The position numbers and the translations under genes were made by a program. Of a stretch of 64,000 nt of DNA, positions 1 through 9,700 are shown in pieces. The notes under the pieces are model-generated. The model searched no databases. It worked only from the letters and a program-made list of their open reading frames with translations, and was not told where the DNA came from. The DNA comes from a virus (taxonomy: Duplodnaviria; Heunggongvirae; Uroviricota; Caudoviricetes). The DNA is taken from IMG/VR virus record IMGVR_UViG_3300046460_000418. One strand, written 5' to 3'. Numbering within the stretch: the first letter of the stretch is position 1; each line of letters begins with the position of its first letter.

Positions 1-3000
1 GGCGTAAAGCTAACGGCCTGAACTCCAACCGTTCCGAACGTCATCTTGTTGCTGGCAATGTTCGAAATTTGAGGTACGGCTTCAATCGGCTTGACGACAA
101 TTGAGAAGACATTCGAGTTCTGAATGTCGCCGATGCCGTCGGTTCCCGTAATCGTCAGGTTGGCAAAGGTTGAAGGGGAGCCCGTCGGAGTACCACTGAT
201 GGTCCCGTTATTCTGATCGACTTCAATGCCATCAGGCCAGGTGCCCGCGCCCTTTTTATAGGTGACGGTGCCGATGTTGTTGCTGGTGTCTACCGTTACC
301 GGCGTAGACGCACCTTGGGTGACTGTGACCTGAGTTGGGGCAACGATCTTCAGGTTCGGAATAACTTCGACTACGACTGACTTCGCCGTCAGGCGCGTTA
401 GGGTTTCATCCGAGACGGATAGACTAAAGGTGAATTTACCCGTAGCCGCCGCCGTGCCCTGGATTGCACCAGTATCTCTATCAAGTCCGAGGCCGCTGAC
501 TGACGCCAGGTCCGTGGAGGAGAACTTCAGCTTGCCATAGGTATTTGATGTCGACAGGGCAGTCGCCGCAAAAGGCGGCTCCATCTTGTAACCGAACCCT
601 ACCTTGGTAGTTACGTTCGAAACGTTAAGGACAATCGCGTCCGCTGGGCTAAGGACGTTGATCGTCAGTGACGCCGAAGCGGTTGCGTTGACTGCATCCT
701 TAGCCGTCACGACAATGCCCGTATATTTCTGGACGATGTTCGGAATGCCCGAGAAATGGACGCCTGCATCGTCAATCGTATAAGTCACGTTCGGCGGCAA
801 CGTGCCAGAAACAGTCCAGGTCACCGGCAATCCATAGGCCGGATCGCCCGCTGTCACCAACAAGTCGACATTCTGACTAACTATCACGCCTTTCGGGTTC
901 GACGAGGGAAGGACAGCAAGAGGCTTGCGGGCCAGCACCGTGAACGACAATGGCGTAGATGTTATTTCGCGACCAGCGGCATCCGTTGCCTTCCAGACGA
1001 CATTCGATGTGGAGATCACCGACGGATAACCGGCATAGGTGATGGAATTGGCCCCGACGATGTTGGAAATATCTACTGGCAAAGTACCGGAGACTTTTGT
1101 CCAGGAAACAGCGCGGCCGTAGGCAGCATGATTGACCACGGTCGATGCTGATGTCTGCGTCTGGTACTGGTAGAGGCTTTCAGCGTTGGTTTCAGTTCCC
1201 GCAACCATGTTGGCTACAGTGAGTGCATCGGCGGCCGCGACCGTAATCGTGATTGGGCTGGTTTCAGCGCGGTTGGCGTCAACCCTCGTCGGATCAGAAG
1301 GTGTCGTGTATTTGTCCTCATGATCGTCAGTTGCGATGAGCTTGATGTCGTCGAAGATACCGGATTTAGATGGAATTCCTTCCAGCGTCAGCGCAGCCGG
1401 ATCGAAAACCAGAGCATCGGGCGCAAGATCGGATGGGTTGGAAACGACCTGCTGTCCACCCGCAGGCAGCGGATGAACCCATCCGGTGCTCTGCTTGATG
1501 TAGTAGGTACCTGGGAAGGTTCCTGTCAGTTGGTAATTCGCGGTGCCGATAACATCGCTCGCTCCCTGGAAGGAGATCGAGATAGGTTCGGCAGCAGAAA
1601 ACTGCTTCGCAACAAAACTTCCTATCGGTGCAACGATGGAGAGCGCTGGTTTCACAGTCACCTTTAGCCTGACAGGCTCATCCATGAGCCGCTGGGCGGT
1701 GTCTTCGAGGTTCATCGCGAAGGTGTAGGTGCCTGTGGTCGGGACCTGACCATGAAGGACGCCTGTGTTCGCGTTGAAACTGAAGTCTGCAGGCAGCGGG
1801 TCAACATTGAGGTTGTATACCGGCGCACCTATTGTGCCGGTAGGCGTCTGCAAGGCCGTGTCGAATGTCTCACCTGTTCTAACGGTTAGCTCTTGAGCGC
1901 CAGGAGAGAGTGTGATCGGATCGCCGTCCTGGTAAACCGAAAACGCAATCTCCACGTCCTGCGGTTCGCCGAGATCATCGACAGCGTGGACAAGAATATT
2001 CTTATAGGAACCACGGACGGAAGAGACGCCGCTGAAGTGCAAATTTGCGTCTTTGATCGCGTAGGTTACGCCCACGGGCAACTTAGCAACTTCCGACGGA
2101 GCAAGTGTCCAAGTCACCGGCTTGCCAAAAGCGGTGTTTGTCGCCGTGATCGTCATGTCGGCATCTCCGGTGTTGACGATCATCGGTTTCGGGTTGACGG
2201 AAGGCGTCAGAGTAAGTGCTCCGCGATCACCGACAGTTATGGCAATTGCAGGTGTGTCGATATGGCGGCCTAGAGCATCCGTTGCGCGATAGATAGCTCC
2301 GGCAAAAACACCCTTTTCGGTTGGATACCCGTCAAAAGTAAGCCCGGCAGTTTCGGCTACAACCGATATCCCCTGGGGCAAGCTTTCAGAAATCTTTTCC
2401 CATGTGAGTGGCTTACCATAAGCAGCACCTGTAACAGTGATCTTTCCAACAGGCTTGCTGGTAAACTGCTGAATGGCTTCCGTTTCGACGGACTTGCTAA
2501 CAGTGAGATCAGCAACCGGCGCAACATTGATCGTAAAGCCAACACTCGCGACATTGGTCGCATCACGGCTGGCATCATTGTAGGTGTTCTTATGGTCATC
2601 GATGGCCAGCAGGTAAGCGCTGTCGAAGGTACCTGACTTTGATGGAATTCCTCTCAGAGTGAGCGTGGTTGTATCAAAGACTAGCGCATCAGACGGCAAG
2701 TCAGAGATTTGCGTGACAGTTTCGACGGAGTTGTCAGCATTGAAATGATTCCAGACGCCATTTTCCTTGTAGAACAGCGTGCCAGGCAGTTCACCCACAA
2801 CCTTGTAGGAAACTTGACCAATAACATTGTCAGCAGGCTTAAAGGTGATATTGACCGGCTGCTCCGCAGAATATTGCGTCGCCTCGTAAAGCGGTGTGTC
2901 GAGTTGAAGCTTCAGAGCATCGATCACATTGACTGCAACGGTCGCGGGCGCTGCGAAACCGCGCTGGTCTTCGTCTATCCCGTTGATCGCCCAGTTCATT

Positions 3001-6000
3001 GACCCGGCTGTGTCAACATTACCATGGAAATAGCCGTCAGCCGCGTCAAACGTTACGGTGTCCGGCAGTACGGAGCTGCTATCCAGCGTGACGCTTCCAA
3101 CGGCGTTGGAAGTCGTGAACGGATTTAGCGTTTTGAAGCTTTCGCCAACACGGACCGTCTTGAGCTGAGCCTTTGCTGTCGGAATAACGAAGCCGCTCAG
3201 GGTCGTTTTGATTGCGACGTCATCAATCTTCGACGATGGGATGGTATCACTGTCGCTGACACGAATAGTGACATGCTCGGTACCGAGTCTCGTCGGAGTG
3301 CCGGTCAACTCCCCCGTTTGAGGATTGATGCCGACCCATGAAGGATGCGGATCATCGATAGAGAAGATCAGAGGCTTCACGTACGAGCCGGTCGGCTTGG
3401 GCGCGGGGACGAAAACTCCTTTCTTTGCAAGCGTGTACGACCCGCTGTCATCCGGAGTGACCTGGAATGTCAGCTCATGCTGAGGTAGTGCAAAAGCCAT
3501 TGCAGCCTGATCTGTCACGTTAATCGGGAACGGATCGGTGTCATCCCAAATACCAGTTGTTTTGTCCGTTGCGCGGATGACGATCCCCGGGAATGCACCC
3601 TTACTGACGTTGGTCGAACCGACAATTTGCCCATTAACCGGTGACAGGCCTTTCGGAAGGGCCTTTGAACTCGGGGATAGCGCGAAAGTTACACCACCGA
3701 AGTAACCGGTATTGGTCTTGCCCTTGATCTGCAGGTCGTCCGCATCGGAAAGACGAGGAAGGTTGTAGCTCGGCTGCTCCGTTGTTACCATTGGGTAAGG
3801 CAGGATTGTCAGATGAACCTTAGCAGAACCAGGACGACCTGCCCCATCGGTGAAGTTCAACGACACCATACCGTCGAACTCCTGTGTCGGATTACCGGAC
3901 AGGATGCCGTTTGAATATGTAAGGCCACCAATAACCGGGGAGTAATCCGTATAGGTGACGCCAGTCACTCCGCCGATCAAGGTATCTTCCGTGGCGCTGA
4001 AATCGAGAGGCAATGTCGTCAGGAAGCTCGGTATCAAGCCGGTGACGTTTTTGGTGATTGGAGCCATCGCCTTCGCCGCAGGCTGATCAGGGTCCTTAAC
4101 GGTGACAGCAAATTCGGCGGAATCCTTGGTGTAGCCTTCACTGTCCGTGACGGTGATCTTGTACCCGCTAATTGTTTCGACCTTGCGGGCTCTACCGGTG
4201 ATCACTCCACTTGTACCATCAAAGATGAGACCATCCGGCACGGACTGATTTATGGTGTAAACCAGTGGTAGGTCCTGTATCAATTTAGGCTCTGTGACCG
4301 AAAAAGGTTGCTTGCCGGTCTTCTCGTCAAAATTGACTGTAAAACTTGGAGCGACAGTCTCATTTGCGATCATGTCATCGCGGTCGGTCACTTCAATCCA
4401 GAAATCATTGCTGTCCGCAACGCCATCGGTCGTATCGCCGCTTCCGTCGATCAGATGGATATGGAAAGGCCCGTACTTGTCGACAGGAAGTTTAGTCCCA
4501 CCCGATAGCACGCGGGTCTGGCTATCGAAGCCGAAACCTGTTGGCAGGAGGTCTCCCCGAAGACTGGTAATCGGGTAATCGACCGAACCGGCCGCACCGG
4601 GAACAACTCCCATCTCGTCAAAGCTGGCGACCGCAAGCATATTTGACGTATTGTAGCGCTTAACGGAAATCAGGCCGATATCATCTGCGACCAGTTTCTT
4701 GTAGACGACGAAGGCCTTCGACGCCTTTTTTCTGACGCCGTTGCCGTTGGTAACAATGAACGTTGCCGTGAACGGCCCGGTCTCGGTTGTTGATCCCGTG
4801 ATCTTGCCGCTAGTCGGATCAAAGGTCACGCCGTCCGGAAGGGATGCTGGATCGTCGATGGCAACGGAATAAGGAGCAACAAGGGCTCCGCCAGGTACGA
4901 CTGTTGCGTCAAAAGGCCGACCAACACGCTCATTACCAAGATTGTTGATTGTCAGTGTGACAGGAGCTGGAACGACAGAGATCGTAAATGGACCGCAGGA
5001 GTAGCTGTTCTGCGTACCGCTTGTCGTTAATGTTATTGTGATGGGGACAGTGGTGTCACCGGTCGCTGTTGGTGCTCCGGAGATCAGCCCCGTCGTTACA
5101 TCAAGCGTGAGGCCATTTGGAAGCGAAAAGCCGGAAGTTACTTCATACTTTGCGCTACCTCCCGCGAGGGCGAGGGGTATCTGGTAGGAATTGAACGCGT
5201 TTATCGTCCAAGTGATCGGGTAGGGGTTCGAACAACGAGGTTTCGGTGCTTTCGAACCGATCATGAACCAGTCGCTGTATCCGTTAACACCATCAGAATC
5301 GACGGCGCGATAGCGAATTTTTGCCTGGTCATTGTATTCTGTGATATCGCCCGTCAAATTGCGGGCATGGGAATCGGAGTTCTGAACAATCGTGCCTGGC
5401 AGTTCATATGCTGGGTCGACTTCGACATAATATCGGACGCTGTCAGGACTTGCTATTGGTCGCAAAATCTTGGAAACAGACGTCGACCAGTGATAGGTGC
5501 CAGACGTTGGTGGTGTCGTTCCGACATTTGGCAAAGAAACCAATTTGTCGACCATCTTAGCAAATCGAGGGGCGTCCTCTACGGTGAAATTGCCCCAAAT
5601 CGCGGCTACCGCGTTGTCAAGGTAATCAAAGCCCTCGACAAGAACAGGGTAAGCGCCCGCCTTGGTCGGTGTTCCGTCGAAATTGCGACCAAGAATTTGG
5701 ATGCCGTCCGGAGCAGGACGCAGCATCAACCAATGGTCAACAGAACCGACCGGTATATCGACCTGATTAAAGGAATAGGAATTGGTGTGGGCATAATAGT
5801 CAACTTGCTTCCTGTTTGACGGGAGCTGATACATGTCGAACGTGACTTCGGCGGAAGCTACTGCTTCGCCCTTTGTGTCATAGCCTCGCATCTCCACGAC
5901 GACAGCCTTCTCTTCGGTCGTGGGCGTGCCCGTAAACATCAAGGTTGAACTATCAAAGGAAATGCCACCCGGCAGACTACCTTCGACAACTTGCCAATTA

Positions 6001-6236
6001 TCGTCTTCCCAATCCGATTTCATAGGAAGTTTTTCTGAAAACGCATCCCCGACGCTGCCGATGAAAAATGCTGTGATGTCCTTGGCTTGTGAGGGGTCGT
6101 CCGGGTTGTCAACGGGGGCGGAATCCGTCGTCAAGACCCTGTATCTGAAGTAAAACTGTCCTCCAGAGAAATCGGTAGCGGCTGCCTGCGTGGCAATCGC
6201 TGTCGCAAGGGTGATGGAAAGCAGTTTTTTCAACAT
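1..6236 (-). CDS. Giant secreted repetitive protein, paralog A (5' start in window at 6236, 3' end off-window; >2078 aa); signal peptide + conserved N-terminal module + tandem putative Ig-like/He_PIG-type repeats
   Basis: Reverse-complement of 6236 downward reads ATG TTG AAA AAA CTG... = MLKKLLSITLATAIATQAAATDFSGGQFYFRYRV..., closely parallel to the N-termini of the 6784-12576, 47787-54152 and 56555-64000 products (e.g. 'YAHTNSYSFNQVDIPVGSVDHW' vs 'YAHTGKYSFNALPIPNGITVDHW'). It is not in the ORF track because no stop lies inside the window. The frame is continuously open. Confidence 0.8.
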   Translation of the reverse strand, partial: MLKKLLSITLATAIATQAAATDFSGGQFYFRYRVLTTDSAPVDNPDDPSQAKDITAFFIGSVGDAFSEKLPMKSDWEDDNWQVVEGSLPGGISFDSSTLMFTGTPTTEEKAVVVEMRGYDTKGEAVASAEVTFDMYQLPSNRKQVDYYAHTNSYSFNQVDIPVGSVDHWLMLRPAPDGIQILGRNFDGTPTKAGAYPVLVEGFDYLDNAVAAIWGNFTVEDAPRFAKMVDKLVSLPNVGTTPPTSGTYHWSTSVSKILRPIASPDSVRYYVEVDPAYELPGTIVQNSDSHARNLTGDITEYNDQAKIRYRAVDSDGVNGYSDWFMIGSKAPKPRCSNPYPITWTINAFNSYQIPLALAGGSAKYEVTSGFSLPNGLTLDVTTGLISGAPTATGDTTVPITITLTTSGTQNSYSCGPFTISVVPAPVTLTINNLGNERVGRPFDATVVPGGALVAPYSVAIDDPASLPDGVTFDPTSGKITGSTTETGPFTATFIVTNGNGVRKKASKAFVVYKKLVADDIGLISVKRYNTSNMLAVASFDEMGVVPGAAGSVDYPITSLRGDLLPTGFGFDSQTRVLSGGTKLPVDKYGPFHIHLIDGSGDTTDGVADSNDFWIEVTDRDDMIANETVAPSFTVNFDEKTGKQPFSVTEPKLIQDLPLVYTINQSVPDGLIFDGTSGVITGRARKVETISGYKITVTDSEGYTKDSAEFAVTVKDPDQPAAKAMAPITKNVTGLIPSFLTTLPLDFSATEDTLIGGVTGVTYTDYSPVIGGLTYSNGILSGNPTQEFDGMVSLNFTDGAGRPGSAKVHLTILPYPMVTTEQPSYNLPRLSDADDLQIKGKTNTGYFGGVTFALSPSSKALPKGLSPVNGQIVGSTNVSKGAFPGIVIRATDKTTGIWDDTDPFPINVTDQAAMAFALPQHELTFQVTPDDSGSYTLAKKGVFVPAPKPTGSYVKPLIFSIDDPHPSWVGINPQTGELTGTPTRLGTEHVTIRVSDSDTIPSSKIDDVAIKTTLSGFVIPTAKAQLKTVRVGESFKTLNPFTTSNAVGSVTLDSSSVLPDTVTFDAADGYFHGNVDTAGSMNWAINGIDEDQRGFAAPATVAVNVIDALKLQLDTPLYEATQYSAEQPVNITFKPADNVIGQVSYKVVGELPGTLFYKENGVWNHFNADNSVETVTQISDLPSDALVFDTTTLTLRGIPSKSGTFDSAYLLAIDDHKNTYNDASRDATNVASVGFTINVAPVADLTVSKSVETEAIQQFTSKPVGKITVTGAAYGKPLTWEKISESLPQGISVVAETAGLTFDGYPTEKGVFAGAIYRATDALGRHIDTPAIAITVGDRGALTLTPSVNPKPMIVNTGDADMTITATNTAFGKPVTWTLAPSEVAKLPVGVTYAIKDANLHFSGVSSVRGSYKNILVHAVDDLGEPQDVEIAFSVYQDGDPITLSPGAQELTVRTGETFDTALQTPTGTIGAPVYNLNVDPLPADFSFNANTGVLHGQVPTTGTYTFAMNLEDTAQRLMDEPVRLKVTVKPALSIVAPIGSFVAKQFSAAEPISISFQGASDVIGTANYQLTGTFPGTYYIKQSTGWVHPLPAGGQQVVSNPSDLAPDALVFDPAALTLEGIPSKSGIFDDIKLIATDDHEDKYTTPSDPTRVDANRAETSPITITVAAADALTVANMVAGTETNAESLYQYQTQTSASTVVNHAAYGRAVSWTKVSGTLPVDISNIVGANSITYAGYPSVISTSNVVWKATDAAGREITSTPLSFTVLARKPLAVLPSSNPKGVIVSQNVDLLVTAGDPAYGLPVTWTVSGTLPPNVTYTIDDAGVHFSGIPNIVQKYTGIVVTAKDAVNATASASLTINVLSPADAIVLNVSNVTTKVGFGYKMEPPFAATALSTSNTYGKLKFSSTDLASVSGLGLDRDTGAIQGTAAATGKFTFSLSVSDETLTRLTAKSVVVEVIPNLKIVAPTQVTVTQGASTPVTVDTSNNIGTVTYKKGAGTWPDGIEVDQNNGTISGTPTGSPSTFANLTITGTDGIGDIQNSNVFSIVVKPIEAVPQISNIASNKMTFGTVGVQAVSFT

Positions 6237-6547
6237 AGCATTTCTCTTCGCATTTCATCAAAAAGGTATGCCCTCGGCTGGCAACTGTCAAAGACGTTCG
6301 GGGAAAACTTGTAGGAAATACGGCAATAATAGAGCCGCATTTTCTCCTATCGGACTTTGTTTAAACCTTTTCGAGACAACGGGGTATTCGTACGCTTGCC
6401 GATGGTGTCTTCCGATTGGATTTTGCGAGTGAAGGTGAGGTGTTCTGCGGCAAGCAATTTCGGAAATAATCCTGCCAACGATCCGCTAAACTCGATCCGG
6501 GAAGGAGGGGTTTCAGTTCCTTCTCAGACGCTGCATGAGTAACGAAT

Positions 6548-6622
6548 TGGCCACGTAGCTCAGTGGGAGAGCGCCGCACTGTCGATGCGGAAGTCGGGGC
6601 TCCAATCCTCCTCGTGGCCGCC
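6548..6622 (+). tRNA. tRNA-Asp(GTC)-like element with encoded CCA; T-arm is non-canonical (possible pseudo-tRNA / degenerate copy)
   Basis: Cloverleaf read by eye. Acceptor GGCCACG / CGTGGCC is a perfect 7 bp. D-arm is GCTC-AGTGGGA-GAGC. Anticodon arm is CCGCA-CTGTCGA-TGCGG (5 bp perfect, anticodon GTC). Discriminator G + CCA at 6619-6622. The T-arm GGGGC-TCCAATC-CTCCT has a C:C mismatch and lacks the TTC of the T-loop in either register, which looks like a single indel. Confidence 0.5.
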
Positions 6623-6738
6623 ATTTCCTTTGTAAATTGGTTGAAGGCGCTCCGCTCGTTCAACGAAGCGAAATTGAACGACCTGCTTGCTCAGATGGAA
6701 GAGTTGTAAAGCCCACCATTATTGACGGAATAAGTTCG

Positions 6739-6779
6739 AAAAGCCGTTGCCTAACTGTGAAAGGGCAACGGCTTTTCTC
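6739..6779. terminator. Bidirectional rho-independent terminator (GCCGTTGCC ... GGCAACGGC stem, T-tracts on both sides) directly 3' of giant gene B
   Basis: Perfect 9-13 bp inverted repeat 'aaaaGCCGTTGCC-taactgtgaaag-GGCAACGGCtttt' followed by TTTTCTC on + and TTTTCGAAC on -. It lies 5 nt beyond the stop of the 6784-12576 gene. Confidence 0.65.
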
Positions 6780-6783
6780 ACCT

Positions 6784-9700
6784 TTACCAACTGAAGACGA
6801 ACGTACCAGTTGCCGCCGAGGTCAAGCTGAACGTGCCCGCCGTTTTCCAAGCCAGTCCATCCATCGATGACTCGACCCGGACCGACGACAACTTTCCGCT
6901 CGTCGATGAACTCGAATGACCGAGGTACAGCCGCCGAATATCGACAGGTTGGATGAACTGTACATTGGCTATCGAACTACCAATCGTCGCACCATAATTC
7001 GATGAACTGCCCGCACCTATCGACGAGCTGATGGACACAATGTTGCTCGTCATCGTTTTCGCGGAAACAAGGGCAGCGTCGCGAAGATCGAGACGACTGA
7101 AACCTACGCTGCCTGTCGGCGTTGTGAACCGGGAGACAGCGATGACGCGCCAGTATGTCGCTCCTTCCACCTGTTTGGTAACGCGAACTGTATAGGACTG
7201 CGTCGCGGTAACGGTCTCGTCACCATCCTGGAACCTTGCGGTGACCGTGAACGATTGGTCGACAAAGTCTGCTCCGTCCGGGATCGCAACCTGCTCAAGT
7301 GGCTCCGTCAACACACCGTCCTGGATCGTTGCCAGGTTCAGGCCTGACACCGACCATGTCAAAGATGACAGGGAGATGTTTGTCGCATTCGCAAGCGGCT
7401 TGAAATCGAACTTCAGCGTGTCTGCCGTCGTTCCTTCAGGCATATCCGCCGTGGCCAGCTGCAATCCGACCTGAGGGGTTACAACGATCAGGCTGTAAAC
7501 CGCAGATGCCGTTCTCGACGGTCCCGTCACTGTTACACGGAAATTGTATGTGCCAGGCTCGGTCGCAACACCTGAGACGACACCGTTGCTGAGCGACAAA
7601 CCGGGGGGTAGCTTCGTTCCAGCAGTGTTCCACGTCCAGTTCAAGCCGCTTTCGCTAAACCCAATTGCTGTCATGTATTGTTTCAGGTCGAACGAATAAG
7701 TCTCAATTCGCTTGGTCGCCTGCTGCAATGGGCCGCTGTCCAGTGTCAGGTACAACGCTCCAGGCTCAACCCGGAACGTGATCGGGTCTGACCTGCCGGT
7801 ATCACCAAGACTGTCGGTGCTCGTGACGTAGACTGGACCGAACGTTCCAGAAGCCGTCGGCGTACCCTGGAACACACCTTTTGCCTCGTCAAAGGTCACT
7901 CCTGGCGGCAGGGCGCTGGCATTTTCCAGCTTCCAGTCCGCAGAGCCGACCACGAAGTTCCGGGTGATGAAGACATCATCCATTTCTTCCTGAGCCGTCG
8001 GTGCAATGATTGAGGGAGCGACGATCCGCATCAGAGGCAAGACATTGAGAGCCAGGGGCTTGGAAGTGACCCGGTTGGTCGTGTCGGTGATCGACAGGTT
8101 GACGGTGCGGTCCTGCGGGGTCGAGAACGATCCTGTAACAACCCCGGTATCCCGGTTCACAGAAAGGCTCGTGCCATCGAGGTCTAGCGAGTAGAGGTAA
8201 TAGTCGCCGAGCGTGTTGTCTATGAAAGGAACGGCTGTCGTGATCGGAAAGCCAACCTTCGTCGTCAGGGACTGAACTTCGAGTTCAATCGGGTCATCGT
8301 TCATGAAGACCGTAAAGAAGAACGGTGCGCTGTATCCGACGCCGGGAAGGTCGTCATGAACCGCAAGCCGAATTGGTCCAAATGCACCGACCTGCAGCGG
8401 CTTGCCGAGGAACTTGCCAGTTCCGGTTTCGAGGGACAGTCCCTTCGGGAGTTTCGATGGATCGACGATACTCCACGCAGGCTGACCGGAGATTGTCGTA
8501 ACCGATGGGTTCGGGCCATTGCTGTCCTTGTAGTCGTAGTTGTAAATCAGATCGCTTTCAGCTTGCATGCTGACTGTTATCGCTCCGAAAACCTGGATGT
8601 GGATGGTTTTCGAGGTCGAGCGGCCGGTCAGGTCGGAGATCGAGACAACAACGGAGGTGTTGAATGAATGGTCCGGAGTTCCTGCCAGCTGCCCGGTAAC
8701 GGGGTCGAAAGCAAGTCCGGTGTCCTCTGCGCCGGAAACAGACCATTCAATATCGCCAATGGTATTCTTGACGTCAGGGATGCCGGTCGTCAAAGGGAAG
8801 CCAATGCGGGCTTTGATCTCCGTTGGAACTTCCATGAGAATAGGAGAGCCATCCAGCTTGACGGTAAAGATGAAGTTCTTGGTCGTCGAAATGGCCTCAC
8901 CGTTATAGGTATCCGTCAGCTTAATGGTGATCGGTTCGGACGTTCCGAGTTCAGTGGCTGTTCCGACGATTGCACCAGTCTCGGATTGGAAGCTCAGTCC
9001 CGGAGGCAACAGCGAGGCGCTGGTGAGCATTTGCCAGGAGATATCCCCAACCGTACCGGTCTTCATCAGCTTTATAGCGTATAGTTTGCCCATGAGAGCT
9101 GTCTGCTCGCTCTTCGAGACGATTTGCGGCTGTGGGCGCTCGGAAATCGAGATCGAGAAGTAGCCGGTCGATGCCGTTTGCCCATCGAAGTCGTCGGTAA
9201 CGATAATCCGGTACCCCGAGGTCACTCCGCTCTCGATTGCGATGCCCTGGATGACGCCACTGCTAGAATTGAGCGTCAGGCCATCAGGCAGCGCCGTAGA
9301 ATCAGGTGCCATCGCATAGGAGAGCCTGCCGATCCTGTTTTCGACCGTCACCGACCCTTGCTTCTGCACAAACCGCTGGAACGGCATATCCTCTGGCGTT
9401 GATGCCTTGAGGTCGTCGACCACATGGAAGAGAACCGTGTTCTCGGCCGAACGGTTGAACAAGTCGGTGACTTTCGTTGCAACCTCGAAGTCGTCCACTT
9501 CGTAGAAGGCCGCAGTCAGTGTACCCGTTGTGGTGTTGATCAAAACGGTTCCAGGAAGGCTGCTATAGTCGCCTGACAAGGCAAAACTGTAGGGATCGAC
9601 CAGATTACCTGCGAGCGCCGGATATTCCTTCGCTGCGGCACCTCTGCGGACATTGTTGGTCTGGTCTGCAAGAGCCACAGAGCCGAACTTGGTGACCCTC

